Positions 23,386-34,985 of a stretch of 64,000 nt of DNA are shown piece by piece. The stretch's first letter is position 1, and each line of letters starts with the position of its first letter. The stretch spans positions 53,733 through 117,732 of the forward strand of contig CAVWHJ010000008.1 of NCBI GenBank assembly GCA_963754765.1. Direction: 5' to 3'. The position numbers and the translations under genes are program-made. The notes beneath the pieces were generated by a model. The model saw only the letters and a list, made by a program, of their open reading frames with translations, had not been told where the DNA came from and searched no databases. The stretch is from an uncultured Acidobacteriaceae bacterium (GTDB lineage: Bacteria; Acidobacteriota; Terriglobia; Terriglobales; Acidobacteriaceae).

Positions 23386-25205
23386 ATGGATATGACAGGA
23401 TTTTCGCTGCGTCGGTTGGGTCGTTTCGTGATGGTTGGGTGCTTGACCCTTGGTTCGTTGAGCCTGCAGGCTCAGATCGGTGCTGCGGCACCGGGGGACG
23501 CTTCGGTTGCGGCTCGAAGCAAGGCTTTTCGACTCTGCTGGCGGATATCTGGCAGGATCACCTGAAACACTCGCCCGAGTTTGCTTCGCAGATCGGAGAC
23601 AAGCGCTACAACGATCAACTGACGGATTATTCGGCCAAGGAGGTGAATGCATCCCTTCAGCGCGGACTGGATTACATTCAGCGGTTAGGCGCGATCGACA
23701 CGACAGGATTGACCGATCAGGAGAAGTTGTCCTCCGAGCTGATGCTGCATTCGCTGATCGATGACCAGCAGGGCGCGAAGTTCAAAGAGTGGGAGATGCC
23801 GATCAGCCCGATCTTTGGATTCCAAACAAGTCTGGCGGACCTGGTTGGCCAGCTCTCGTTCGATTCAGTGAAGGACTACGACGACTACATCTCGCGGTTG
23901 AAGAAGGTTCCGGCACAGTTCTCGCAGGTGATGACGAACCTGCAGCTTGGCGTGGATGAAGGGCGCATGCCGCCGAAGGATCTCGCTGGAGAAAGCACTG
24001 GCGCAGACGCAGGGCATCGCCGATCAGAAGCCGGAGGAGAGTGTCTTTGCCGAGCCGCTGAAGAAGTTTCCGAAGACGATTTCGGCAGCAGATCAGAAGC
24101 GCATTGCGACGGATCTGATGGCGGTGATTCAGGGCAGGTTCTGCCAACGTATCAACGATTCGCGAAGTTTATGAAGGTGCAGTATGTGCCTTACGGTAGA
24201 AAAGACCCCGGCGTGTGGGCGTTGCCGAACGGCGATGCGTACTATGCGTTTCGCATACGCCAGGTAACGACGCTGGACAAAACCGCGGATCAGATTCATC
24301 AGATCGGGCTCGATGAGGTGAAGAAAGACGAAGCCGAGATGCTGGCGATCGTGCATCAGCTCGGGTTTGCGGATCTGAAGAGCTTCCGTACTGCGCTGGC
24401 GGCGAATCCCAAGGAGCATCCCCAGTCGACAGAGGCGCTGATGGGCGCGTACAAGGGTTATATCGCGCAGATGCAGCCGCGGTTGCCGGAGCTCTTTGGC
24501 CGGTTGCCAAAGGCGCCGCTCGAGGTGGTTGCGATGCCGTCGTTCGCGGAGAAGAACTCTCCGATGGCCTATTACGACCAGGGCACGGCGGACGGAAGCC
24601 GCCCGGGACGCGTGGATGTGAATCTGTACAACTTTGCCGAACGCTCGCTAGCGACGGTGGAGAGCGTGGCGTATCACGAGGGCATTCCGGGCCACCATCT
24701 GCAGCTCTCGATCGCGCAGGAGATGACTGGGATGCCGGAGTTCCGCAAGTATCAGGACTACACCGCGTTCGTCGAGGGCTGGGCGCTGTACAGCGAGCGC
24801 CTGGGCAAGGAGATCGGATTCTACAAGGATCCCTACAGCGACTACGGGCGGCTGGATAACGACATGTGGCGGGCGATTCGGCTGGTCGTCGATACCGGCG
24901 TGCATTCCAAGCACTGGACGCGGCAGCAGATGGTGGACTACTTCCACGATCACTCTTCGCTCGACGAGACCAACGTGCAGTCGGAGGTCGATCGGTACAT
25001 TGCGTGGCCGGCGCAGGCGTTGGGGTACAAGATGGGACAGCTAAAGATTCTGGAACTGCGGGACAAGGCGAAGACAGCGCTCGGGCCGAAGTTCGACATC
25101 AAGGCGTTTCATGACGAAGTGCTCGATTCCGGCGCGCTCCCGATGGATGTGCTGGAGCACCGGGTGGACGCCTGGATTGCCTCCCAGACTGCGGCTCAGA
25201 AGTAG
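23386..25205 (+). CDS. DUF885 family protein; frameshifted
   Basis: HEGIPGHHLQ, AFVEGWALYSE, RLVVDTG, EVDRY. Confidence 0.9.
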
Positions 25206-25229
25206 TTAGAGGTCTGATAGCCTTTGAGA

Positions 25230-26087
25230 ATGAGTGAAAGCTTCGAAGTTCCGATTCCAACCGCCGCTCCGGTGATGCCGGGGCTACGGGTCGCGGTGCT
25301 GGGCGCAGGCAAGATGGGCGGCATTCTGCTGCAGGCGTTTCTGAAAAATAACCTGCTTTCCGCGGACCAGATATTCGCCACAGTGCAACATGCCGAGCGG
25401 GCGCAAGCTTTGTCGGCGCAGTTCGGCGTTGAGGTCACGACAGATAATCTGGCCGCAGCACAACAGGCGGATGTCATCCTTCTTGGAGTGAAACCGACAC
25501 AGGTGCCGGCGCTGATCGATGAGATCAAGAGTGCGCTAACGCCGAAGAAGCTGGTGCTCTCGTTTGCAGCGTCGGTGAAGACGCGGAGCATCGAAGATGG
25601 CGCGGGGTGCGAGCTCGCTGTGATTCGAGCGATGCCGAATACGCCGGCAATGCTGGCTGCGGGAATTACGGCGCTCTGTGGCGGGCGTTTTGTTTCCGCG
25701 GAACAGATGGGAGTCGCGCAGAAGATCTTTCAGACCGTCGGGAAGACAGTCGTCGTCGATGAAAAGCATATGGATGCGGTGACAGGGCTGTCTGGATCGG
25801 GACCGGCGTTTCTGTACATCATCATCGAAGCGCTGGCAGAGGCGGGCGTGAATGTTGGACTGCCGCGCGACGTCGCTACGCTGCTGGCGGCACAGACGAC
25901 GCTTGGTTCGGCGAGGATGGTGCTGGAGACGGGATATCACCCGGCGCTGCTGAAGGATGCAGTGACGACTCCGGCAGGATGCACGGTCGACGGCATTCTG
26001 GAGCTCGAAGAGGGTGGTTTGCGGGTGACGCTGATCAAGGCGGTGAAGCGGGCGACGCAGCGGGCGAAGGAGCTGGCGAACGGCTAG
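25230..26087 (+). CDS. proC: Pyrroline-5-carboxylate reductase
   Basis: GAGKMG, RAMPNTP, TGLSGSGPA, VTTPAGCT. Confidence 0.95.
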   Translation: MSESFEVPIPTAAPVMPGLRVAVLGAGKMGGILLQAFLKNNLLSADQIFATVQHAERAQALSAQFGVEVTTDNLAAAQQADVILLGVKPTQVPALIDEIKSALTPKKLVLSFAASVKTRSIEDGAGCELAVIRAMPNTPAMLAAGITALCGGRFVSAEQMGVAQKIFQTVGKTVVVDEKHMDAVTGLSGSGPAFLYIIIEALAEAGVNVGLPRDVATLLAAQTTLGSARMVLETGYHPALLKDAVTTPAGCTVDGILELEEGGLRVTLIKAVKRATQRAKELANG

Positions 26088-26154
26088 GCTTTGTGCGGAA
26101 CCACTTCGACGGTCGCGGCGAAACAGCGCCGTCGAAGCCGCGTAGAATAAGGGA

Positions 26155-27142
26155 ATGGCCACGGTTGCGGCAGTAACGGCGAATAGAACTTCCCGGGCGC
26201 TGGTGCGGTTCGCTTGGGTGGTGGTGGGGTATAACGTGCTGGTGATCCTGTGGGGAGCGCTGGTGCGGGCTACGGGATCGGGCGCCGGGTGCGGCAACCA
26301 TTGGCCGCTGTGCAATGGCCAGGTGATTCCACTTTCTCCAGGCGTACATACAGTGATTGAGTTTACGCATCGGTGCATGACGGGCGCATCGCTCTTTTTT
26401 GTGATCGGGTTGCTGGTGTGGACGTTTCGCGGGACGGTGAAGGGGCAGGCGGCTCGCGTGCTGGCGGTTGTTTCGACGGTGTTGCTGCTGAATGAGGCGT
26501 TTCTCGGTGCGCTGCTGGTCAAGCTGGGTTACGTCACCGGCAATCAGTCGATGGGGCGCGTCGTGATGCTGTCGATTCACTCAGCAACACGCTGCTGCTG
26601 CTTGGCGGCGCTGACGTTGACCGCGAGATTGCTGGGTACGGGACAGATGTGGCGGCGAGCTTGGTGTGGGCGGAGCGAAGAAGTTCTGGGCCTTTGTAGG
26701 GTTGGCTGCGACGCTGGTGGTTGGAGTGAGCGGATCGCTGGCCGCACTGGGGGATACGCTGTTCCCTGCTTCTTCATTGCGTGCGGCGTTCGCGCAGGAC
26801 TTTGCCGTGGGGTCGCCTTGGCTGCTGCGGTTGCGCGGCGTGCATCCGATGAGCGCGGTGATCGCGGGAGTCTTCGTGCTTTGGCTCGTGGCGCAGGCCA
26901 GACGCGCCGGAGCGGGCACGCTTGCTGCCGCGGTTCTCGCGTTGCTGGGCTTCCAGTTCGGGCTTGGTGTGGCAGACGTATTGTTTCTGGCGCCGGTGTG
27001 GATGCAGATCGTGCATCTACTGGGAGCGGATCTATACTGGGTGGCTCTGGTAACACTGGCGGCGTACGTTATCTGGCCGGCGCCGATGCCGGGCGAGAGG
27101 GGGTCGGATAACCGCTGCCGTCGCGCATTGCAGGGATTGTAG
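26155..27142 (+). CDS. ctaA: Heme A synthase (COX15/CtaA); frameshift ~26600
   Basis: GAGC..WPLCNG, EFTHR, later His-containing TM segments. Confidence 0.85.
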
Positions 27143-27160
27143 AGGCGTGGAAATTAGAGA

Positions 27161-27560
27161 CTATTGCGGAGCGGGTTTTCCTACGATCTTGTCGCCGACT
27201 TTTTCGGTCCCATGAGCGGTATCCTGTGCCGCAACCTTGGTGCCGTGACCGATATCTTTGCCGACGGTCTCGGTACCATCAGCGGTCTTATGGTAAGCAG
27301 TCTTTGTGCCGTCAGCCGTCTTGTCCGCAGCGGTCTTCGTACCGTTTGCGGTCTTATTGTAGGCCGTCTTCGTTCCGCTGGAGACGGCATGTCCGGTATC
27401 TTTCGTTGCATTCTTGGTGTCGGTGCCGGCGGCTTTCATATCCTGCTTGGGGTGTCCTGCCCGAGAACAATCCCAGACGACAGGAAGATGGGAAGGCTGC
27501 CGCAAGAATGGTCGCCGATGGTTTACGAATTTGCATTGGAACTCCTTGGGTCGGAATCAA
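27161..27560 (-). CDS. Small exported protein with 11-aa repeats; frameshifted
   Basis: TAYNKTANGTK/TAADKTADGTK/TAYHKTADGTE. Confidence 0.6.
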
Positions 27561-27857
27561 GCCCTGCTAGATAGACTCGCGGCAGCGAGGTTGGCGTTGC
27601 AAGAAGCGCCGAGATTTATCGTTGAACACGGGCGCAGGGTGCGAAAAAAAGCAAAGGCGTCAGAAAAGGTGTCGCCGGCTGAATTTGTCGCTGTCTTGTT
27701 ATGAATTCGTTGTTGTATATTGACAACGTTCGACATGGGCGATTTCCGGCGTCCAGCCATTGCTTCCGACTGGCTGGCTTATCGAAATACTTGTGGTACC
27801 GAATATTAAGATCCGATAGGAGAGGGGTAGACACGATTTCGTCCACGAGTCACCGTG

Positions 27858-27869
27858 GATAACGTTTAC
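27858..27869. promoter_or_regulatory. LacI-type operator candidate
   Basis: GATAACGTTTAC near-palindrome with central CG, 15 bp upstream of a sugar transporter operon. Confidence 0.45.
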
Positions 27870-27884
27870 TTTCTGAGGTAATCA

Positions 27885-29628
27885 ATGCAGGCTTTGGCGG
27901 CGCTTCTACTGATGAACGAGCAGCTAACAAAATTGGCGCCGGTGGACATTCTCATCCTGGTGCTTTATTTCGCGCTCGTGGTCTTTATCGGGTTTTATGC
28001 GAAGGGGAAGGCGAACACCAGCGAGGATTTCTTCCTCGCAGGCCGGGAGATGACGGCCTGGATCGCAGGCCTGAGCTTCGTTTCGGCCAACCTTGGCTCT
28101 CTGGAGCTGATGGGGTGGGCCGGCGCGGCGTACCAGTATGGAATTCTGGCGGCCCACTGGTACTGGATCGGCGCGATTCCGGCGATGCTGTTCCTCGGCA
28201 TCGTGATGATGCCGTTCTACTACATCTCGAAGACGCACTCGGTGCCCGGATACCTCAATCTGCGATTTGGCGAGGGAGCGCGCGGATTATCAGCCATATC
28301 GTTCGCGTTGATGACGATCCTAATGAGCGGCGTGAACATGTTCGCCATGGCGCTTGTGATGAAGACAGTGCTTGGATGGAACATAACGTTCAGCATCTGG
28401 GTAGGCGCGGGGACAGTGGCGCTGTACGTGATGCTTGGCGGACTGCGGTCGGCGATCATCAACGAGGTGCTGCAGTTCGTTCTGATCTGGGCGGGCGCGG
28501 CGATGATCCCGATTCTTGGACTTATCGAAGCCGGAGGCTGGACGAAGCTGAAGGCGCAGATGGCGGTGAATCTCGGCACAAACGATTACGGGCACATGTG
28601 GAGCACGCTGGGCAGCTTCAAGGACAATCCGATGGGCGTCCATTGGACGGGCATCGTCTTTGGCCTGGGCTTTGTGATCAGCTTCGGATATTGGACCACC
28701 GACTTTCTCGTCGTCCAGCGCGTGTTGAGCGCAAACAACCTGCGTGCGGCGAAGATGGCTCCGGTGATCGGAGCCGCGTTCAAGATGGCCGTGCCATTCA
28801 TCGTGATCGTGCCCGGGCTGCTCGCACTGGCGGTGCTGAAGAACCCCGACGGCTCGATCATGCACCTTGTGCCGGAGAGCCTCGCGGCCAGCACAGGACA
28901 ACATAGCTATAACGAAGTGCTGCCGCTGATGCTGATTCGCTACTGCGGGCCAGGGCTGCTGGGGCTGGGAATTACCGCGCTCGTCGCCGGATTTATGAGC
29001 GGCATGGCGGGCAACGTCAGCGCGTTTTCGACCGTGTGGACCTACGACATCTACGGCGCGTTCATGAACAAGACGGCCAGCGATAAGCACTACGTTGCCA
29101 TGGGCCGTGCGTCGACGGTGATTGGCATGCTCGTGTCGATCGGCGCGGCGTACCTGGTGATGAATGCGGCCGGCATCATGGATTATGTGCAGGCCTTGTT
29201 CAGCTTCTTCATTGCACCGCTCTTCGGAACCGTCGTTCTGGGCATGCTGTGGAAGCGGGCAACGCACTGGGGCGGATTTCTTGGGCTGCTCGCGGGAACC
29301 GCTTCTTCCATCGGCATGTGGGTCTATACGACCTTCGGCACGGTCGAGCACAAGGCCTACGCACTGTCGCGGGTCGCTCTCTCAGCCGACGCGAAGCCGA
29401 TGGCGGAGAATCTTTATCGCGCTTTGTGGAGTTGGATCATCTGCGTGCTCGTGACGGTGGTGGTTAGCCTGGTGACAAAACCGGTTCCGGAGGAACAGCT
29501 CTCCGGCCTGGTGTACGGGGTAACGCCGATCCCGCGACGATGGGTCGACGACCATCTGGCAGAAGCCGATCTTCTGGGCCATCGTGGTGATTGTTGTCTT
29601 CTTTATTTTGAATCTGATCTTCTGGTAA
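27885..29628 (+). CDS. Sodium:solute symporter (sugar); frameshift near 3' end
   Basis: DFFLAGR, GGLRSA, VQRVLSA; many TM segments. Confidence 0.92.
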
Positions 29629-29640
29629 GAGGTGGGCGGC

Positions 29641-29890
29641 ATGGATAAACACGAGAAGGAAATTGAATCTGCCGAGCTGTCGATCTGGTTTTTCTGCGGC
29701 ATCCTGATGCTGGCGTACGGCGTGGTGTTGGTGATCACGGGAATTTCAGAGTTCAATCATCCGCCGCCGAATGAGGTGCTGTTACCGTGGCTGGAAGCAT
29801 TGCATCCGACGTTGTGGTGGGGTGCTGGTACTGACGGTATTTGGCGCATTCTACTCGATTCGTTTTCGTCCAGGCCGGCCCTAAAATTAT
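29641..29890 (+). CDS. Small two-TM protein downstream of the symporter; end approximate
   Basis: SIWFFCGILMLAYG...LHPTLWWG. Confidence 0.6.
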
Positions 29891-29979
29891 TGAAACGATA
29901 CGCTGCGTGAAACTCGCGCAACGATCAGTAATGAACCTCCACGACTAAGACCCCGGACGGGCAGGAAATCAGGTGCGAT

Positions 29980-31392
29980 ATGGCGAAGCAGATGACGATG
30001 GGCGTAATTGTAGGCAACCGTGGATTCTTTCCCAGCCACCTGGCCACCAGCGGACGACTGGAGATGATCGCGGCGCTTGAAGCCGTAGGGATCAAGCCGA
30101 TCGTGCTGACGCCGGAAGAGACCGCTCACGGCGCCGTCGAGACATACGAGGACGCAAAGAAGTGTGCCGCTCTCTTCAAGAAGCACGCCAAAGAGATTGA
30201 CGGCATCATCATCACGCTGCCGAACTTCGGCGAAGAGCGCGGGCTTGCGGATACGCTGCGTCTTGCAAATCTGCAGGTGCCGGTGCTGATTCAGGCGACG
30301 CCCGACCACGCCGGGAAGATGACGATTGCGTTCCGCCGCGACAGCTTCTGCGGCAAGATGTCGATCTGCAACAACCTGAAGCAGTATGGAATCCCCTACT
30401 CGCTGACGCGGCTGCATACAGAGGCGCCCGACTCGCTCGAGTTCAAGGCGGACCTCGAGTGGTTCTCGGGCATCTGCCGCGTGGTGCGTGGACTGAGGAA
30501 CGTGCGCTTCGGCGCGATTGGCGCGCGGCCAACGGCATTCAATACGGTTCGCTACTCCGAGAAGCTGCTGGAGAGATCAGGAATCACGGTAGAGACGCTC
30601 GATCTCAGCGAGGTGATGGGGCGCATCGGCTTGATGAAAGACAGCGACGATGCGGCGCAGGCGAAGATGGCGGCGATCAAGAAATATATCCCCGTCGGCG
30701 ACACGCCGGATGCGGCACTGATGAAGATGGCGAAGCTCGGCGCGGTTATCGACCACTGGATGACGGCAAGCGAACTGACCGTAAGCGCGGTGCAATGCTG
30801 GACGTCGATTGAAGAGTTCCTCGGTGTCGTGCCGTGCACTGTGATGAGCATGATGAGCGAGAACCTGATTCCCTCGGCATGCGAGGTCGATATCCTGGGC
30901 ACGCTCAGCATGTATGCCTTGACGCTGGCCAGCGAGACGCCGAGCGCGCTGCTCGACTGGAACAACAACTACGGAGACAATCCCGATAAGGCGGTATGCT
31001 TCCACTGCTCGAACTTGCCGAAGCACTTCTTCAACGAGGGCGTGAAGATGGACTTCCAGCAGATCATCGCCGGCACTGTGGGCAAGGAGAATACCCACGG
31101 CACGCTAGACGGCACCGTGAAGGCCGGCGCGATGAGCTTTGCGCGTTTCTCGACGGACGACTTCGCCGGGCAGATCACCGGCTACGTCGGCGAGGGAGCA
31201 TTCACCAACGATCCGCTCCATACCTTCGGCGGCGCGGGCGTGGTGGAGATTCCGAAGATGCAGGAGCTTCTGCGCTACATCTGCGAGAACGGCTTCGAGC
31301 ATCACGTCGCCGCCAACTTCTCCACAACCGCCGCACCGGTATATGAAGCCGCCAGCAAATATCTCGGCTGGAAGATGCACTGGCACCGCTAG
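29980..31392 (+). CDS. L-fucose/L-arabinose isomerase family protein
   Basis: NFGEE, RDSFCG, VQCW, ACEVD, GFEHH. Confidence 0.85.
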   Translation: MAKQMTMGVIVGNRGFFPSHLATSGRLEMIAALEAVGIKPIVLTPEETAHGAVETYEDAKKCAALFKKHAKEIDGIIITLPNFGEERGLADTLRLANLQVPVLIQATPDHAGKMTIAFRRDSFCGKMSICNNLKQYGIPYSLTRLHTEAPDSLEFKADLEWFSGICRVVRGLRNVRFGAIGARPTAFNTVRYSEKLLERSGITVETLDLSEVMGRIGLMKDSDDAAQAKMAAIKKYIPVGDTPDAALMKMAKLGAVIDHWMTASELTVSAVQCWTSIEEFLGVVPCTVMSMMSENLIPSACEVDILGTLSMYALTLASETPSALLDWNNNYGDNPDKAVCFHCSNLPKHFFNEGVKMDFQQIIAGTVGKENTHGTLDGTVKAGAMSFARFSTDDFAGQITGYVGEGAFTNDPLHTFGGAGVVEIPKMQELLRYICENGFEHHVAANFSTTAAPVYEAASKYLGWKMHWHR

Positions 31393-31605
31393 CGAGGATC
31401 GCTGCGTTAATCCGTTTTGCGAAGCTGCTCATTCTTGATCAAAAGCTCCGCGACCAGTCGATGGAGCCGAGAGTTCTCGATCTCAAGTTCAGCGAGACGG
31501 TCGTCGTAGACCGGCCTTGAGTGGCCCGGAAGGTATCTCGACTGAGAGGAATTGCTGTGCTCACTTCTGTTCGCCGGTGCTCTGCGAGATTGCGTCGAGA
31601 TTGAT

Positions 31606-31945
31606 TCATCGTTGAGGCTCCGCAGTTGAGGTGAAGGGAGCGCGGCCGCAGCGCATTCCGTTGCGAAACTTCTCGCGCTCTTCGGGGGTCATCTGCTCCC
31701 AGCGATCTTTCATACGTTGTTTCCAGCGACTACCGCCGCCTCCAGCGTGGCGATGGAACCCGCCAAAGAGAATCTTACTGAGAAGCAGCAGGCCGAGGCC
31801 TTGCCAGAAAGTAATCGTGTGCCAACCGAAGATTGGCGGCACAAGAGTAGTTCCATAGAATTTTGACGAGAAAACCAAACGCTATCGCAGCGACGATGAC
31901 AAACAGCGCGATTCGAATTCCTTTGAGTATTGGATGGTGCCCCAT
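31606..31945 (-). CDS. Small membrane protein, sigma-factor partner; frameshifted
   Basis: ITFWQGLGLLLLSKILFGG and QMTPEEREKFR; directly downstream of the ECF sigma gene. Confidence 0.65.
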
Positions 31946-31955
31946 GTTGAACTCC

Positions 31956-32532
31956 TTATTTCTTTGCATAATTTTCGTAGATCGATTGCAGACTTTGGCG
32001 CAGATGCAGCACTGCGTAATGCTTTCGCGACAGAAGCGTGTTCACGCTCGATCCGGTTTCGGCGGAGATGTCTTTGAAACTTCGGCCCATCAACTCATGA
32101 GCGATGAAGACTTCGCGCTGAGCCTCAGGCAACTCTTCAAGGGCCTCGTCCAATGCGTCAAGCAGCAGGCTCCTTGCGTAGGCTGCTTCGGGACCGGCGT
32201 CCTCCGGAGGGCAGCAGATCTTCCAGCGTGTCACCGCCCTCATCTGCCGAGACGGGATTGTTGAGCGAACTCGGCTTCCTCTTGCGGAAGAGGTCGGTAA
32301 TTCGATTGCGTGCTACTCGATAGAGCCATGCAGTCACATGCTCAACGGGTTTCATAAAGCGGTACGCTTCGAGTAGTTCGTAGAAGACGTCCTGCAGGAT
32401 GTCCTCGGCTTCTCCTGAGTCCGCTACATACTTACGAATGAAACTTCGCAGCCTGGGTCGATCCCTCTCCATGGCCTGGGAGAGCAGCTTGTCCTGCTCG
32501 AGAATCGTCCAATCGCTCGGAATTTCATTCAT
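31956..32532 (-). CDS. ECF RNA polymerase sigma factor; frameshift ~32210
   Basis: AEDILQDVF, AWLYRVARNR.TD, LPEAQREVF, region-4 HTH. Confidence 0.9.
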
Positions 32533-32663
32533 CTGCAGGTGTAGACGGTTGAGGCGGAAGAATATTTTACGAGTCCCGCCGATTTGTTTGGAGAAATCGG
32601 AAGCGCCCGGGAATGAGAATGGTAGGATGTCTCAAAGCCTTCATCTAAAGGAGTCCAGCCATC

Positions 32664-34898
32664 ATGCGCAGAGCCGTCGCCTGTTTTACGTTGCTTGCCA
32701 GCACCGCCTATGCTGTGAATACCGGAGAGGTTTCTCTTCGCGGCTACACCCCTGAACACGCCGCAGCCGAAGTGCAGTGGGAGCAGAAATTCCGCGAGAT
32801 GCCTGATCCCGCGAAGGTTCGCGAGAACATGCGCCGGATGTCCGCGCGGCCGCACCATGTGGGATCGCCTTACGACAAGGACAACGCGGAGTGGCTGGTG
32901 GCCCAGCTGAAATCGTATGGGCTCGATGCGAAGATCGAGCAGTTTGAGGCGCTGTTCCCGACTCCAAAATCGCGCAAGCTGGAGTTGCTGGGGCCTGACA
33001 AGTTTGAGGCGACGCTCGACGAGCCAGTGGTCAAGGTCGATCCAACCTCTGATCAGAAGAAAGAGCAACTTCCCACGTACAACGCGTACTCCCGCGACGG
33101 TGACGTCACGGCTCCGTTGGTGTATGTGAACTACGGCGCACCGGCTGACTATGAAGAGCTGGCGGCGATGGGCGTCTCCGTGAAGGGCGCGATCGTGATC
33201 GCGCGCTACGGCCAGACCTGGCGCGGCATCAAGCCGAAGGTCGCGGCGGAGCATGGTGCCGTCGGCTGCATCATCTACTCCGATCCGCGTGACGATGGCT
33301 ACTTCCGTGGCGACACCTACCCTGATGGCCCCATGCGGCCACCTGAGGGTGCACAGCGTGGCAGCGTGATGGATATGCCGGTATATCCGGGCGATCCGCA
33401 GACGCCGGGTATCGGCGCTGTAGCCGGAGCGAAGCTGATTCCGCTGGATCAGGTGCAGACGATTACGAAGATTCCGGTGCTGCCGATCTCGTATGCCGAC
33501 GCGACACCGTTTTTGAAGTCGTTGCGTGGCGAACTGGTTCCCGAGGCCTGGCGCGGTGGACTGCCATTCGCCTATAAAGTCGGTCCGAGCGTCGCAATGG
33601 CGCATCTTGCCGTCAGCTTCAACTGGGATCGCAAGCCGCTCTACGATGTCGTCGCGACCATTCCCGGCTCGACGTTTCCCGATCAGTGGGTGATTCGCGG
33701 CAACCACCACGATGCATGGGTAAACGGTGCGGGCGATCCTCTGTCTGGCGCCAGCGCAGAGCTCGAAGAGGCCCGTGGACTGGGCGAACTGCTGAAGCAG
33801 GGCTGGCATCCGCAGCGCACCATCATCTATTGCTTCTGGGATGGCGAGGAGCCGGCGCTGCTGGGTTCGACCGAATGGGTTGAGGCGCACGCACCGGAGC
33901 TGACCCAGCATGCCGTGGCGTACTTCAACTCCGATGGCAACGGCCGCGGATACTTCCGTGCAGAAGGTTCAAGCGAACTCGAGAGCTTCGTCAACAGCGT
34001 GACGAAAGACATCGACGATCCAGAGACGAAGATGCCGGTGTGGAAGCGTCAGCGCCTCGTTGCGATCTCTCGCGCAACCGGCGGAGGCTCGAACCGAACT
34101 TCGCAACCGCGCGGATATTCGTATGGAAGCGCTCGGCTCAGGCTCGGACTACACCGCGTTCATCCATCATCTCGGAATCGCGAGCATCAACCTCGGTTAC
34201 GGCGGCGAAGATCAGGGCGGAGGGCAGTATCACTCCGTCTACGACGATTTTTACTGGTACACCCACTTCCAGGACACTGACTTCGCCTACGGACGCGCGC
34301 TGGCACAAACGGCCGGAACGATGATGATGCGGATGGCGGATGCCGATGTGATTCCCTTCCAGTTCGGCGACCTTGCCGACACACTTCGCACCTACGTCAC
34401 CGGAGTGAAGCAGCTGACCGACACCATGCGCGCCGAGATCAAGGAGCGCAATACGGAGATCGCCGACGGCGTCTACAAGGCACTGGAAGATCCGAAGAAG
34501 AAACGTATCGCCCCAGCGTAGAGGCTCTGCCACCGTATCTCAACTTCGCTCCGCTCGACCAGGCGATGGACGATCTGACGACAGCCGCCGCGGACTACGA
34601 CAAAGCCTTCACCGCGAACGCCCAGAAAGCCCCTGCCGCTTTGAATCTCGAGCTCATCCAGACCGAGCGCGTTTTTCTCGATCCTGCGGGTCTGCCAAAT
34701 CGCCCCTGGTTCCAAAACATGATGTATGCGCCTGGTTTTTACACGGGTTACGGCGTCAAGACACTGCCGGCAGCTCGCGAGACCATCGAGCAGAAGCAGT
34801 GGAAGGACGCCGATACACAGATCGCACGGACTGCGGCTGCGGTGGAGCGGGAGGCCACCCTGCTGAAGAGCGCGACGCAGACGCTTGCCGGCAAATAG
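32664..34898 (+). CDS. M28 peptidase (glutamate carboxypeptidase II-like, PA and TfR dimerisation domains); frameshifted
   Basis: GNHHDAW, GAGDP, WDGEE, GSGSDY, YHSVYD. Confidence 0.92.
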
Positions 34899-34985
34899 GG
34901 GTAAGTAGCTTCGGAAGCACAAGATAGAATTTTGCGGGCTCTTCATACTTGAGATTCACGGGAGTGCGATAAGCTTTAGACCTCT

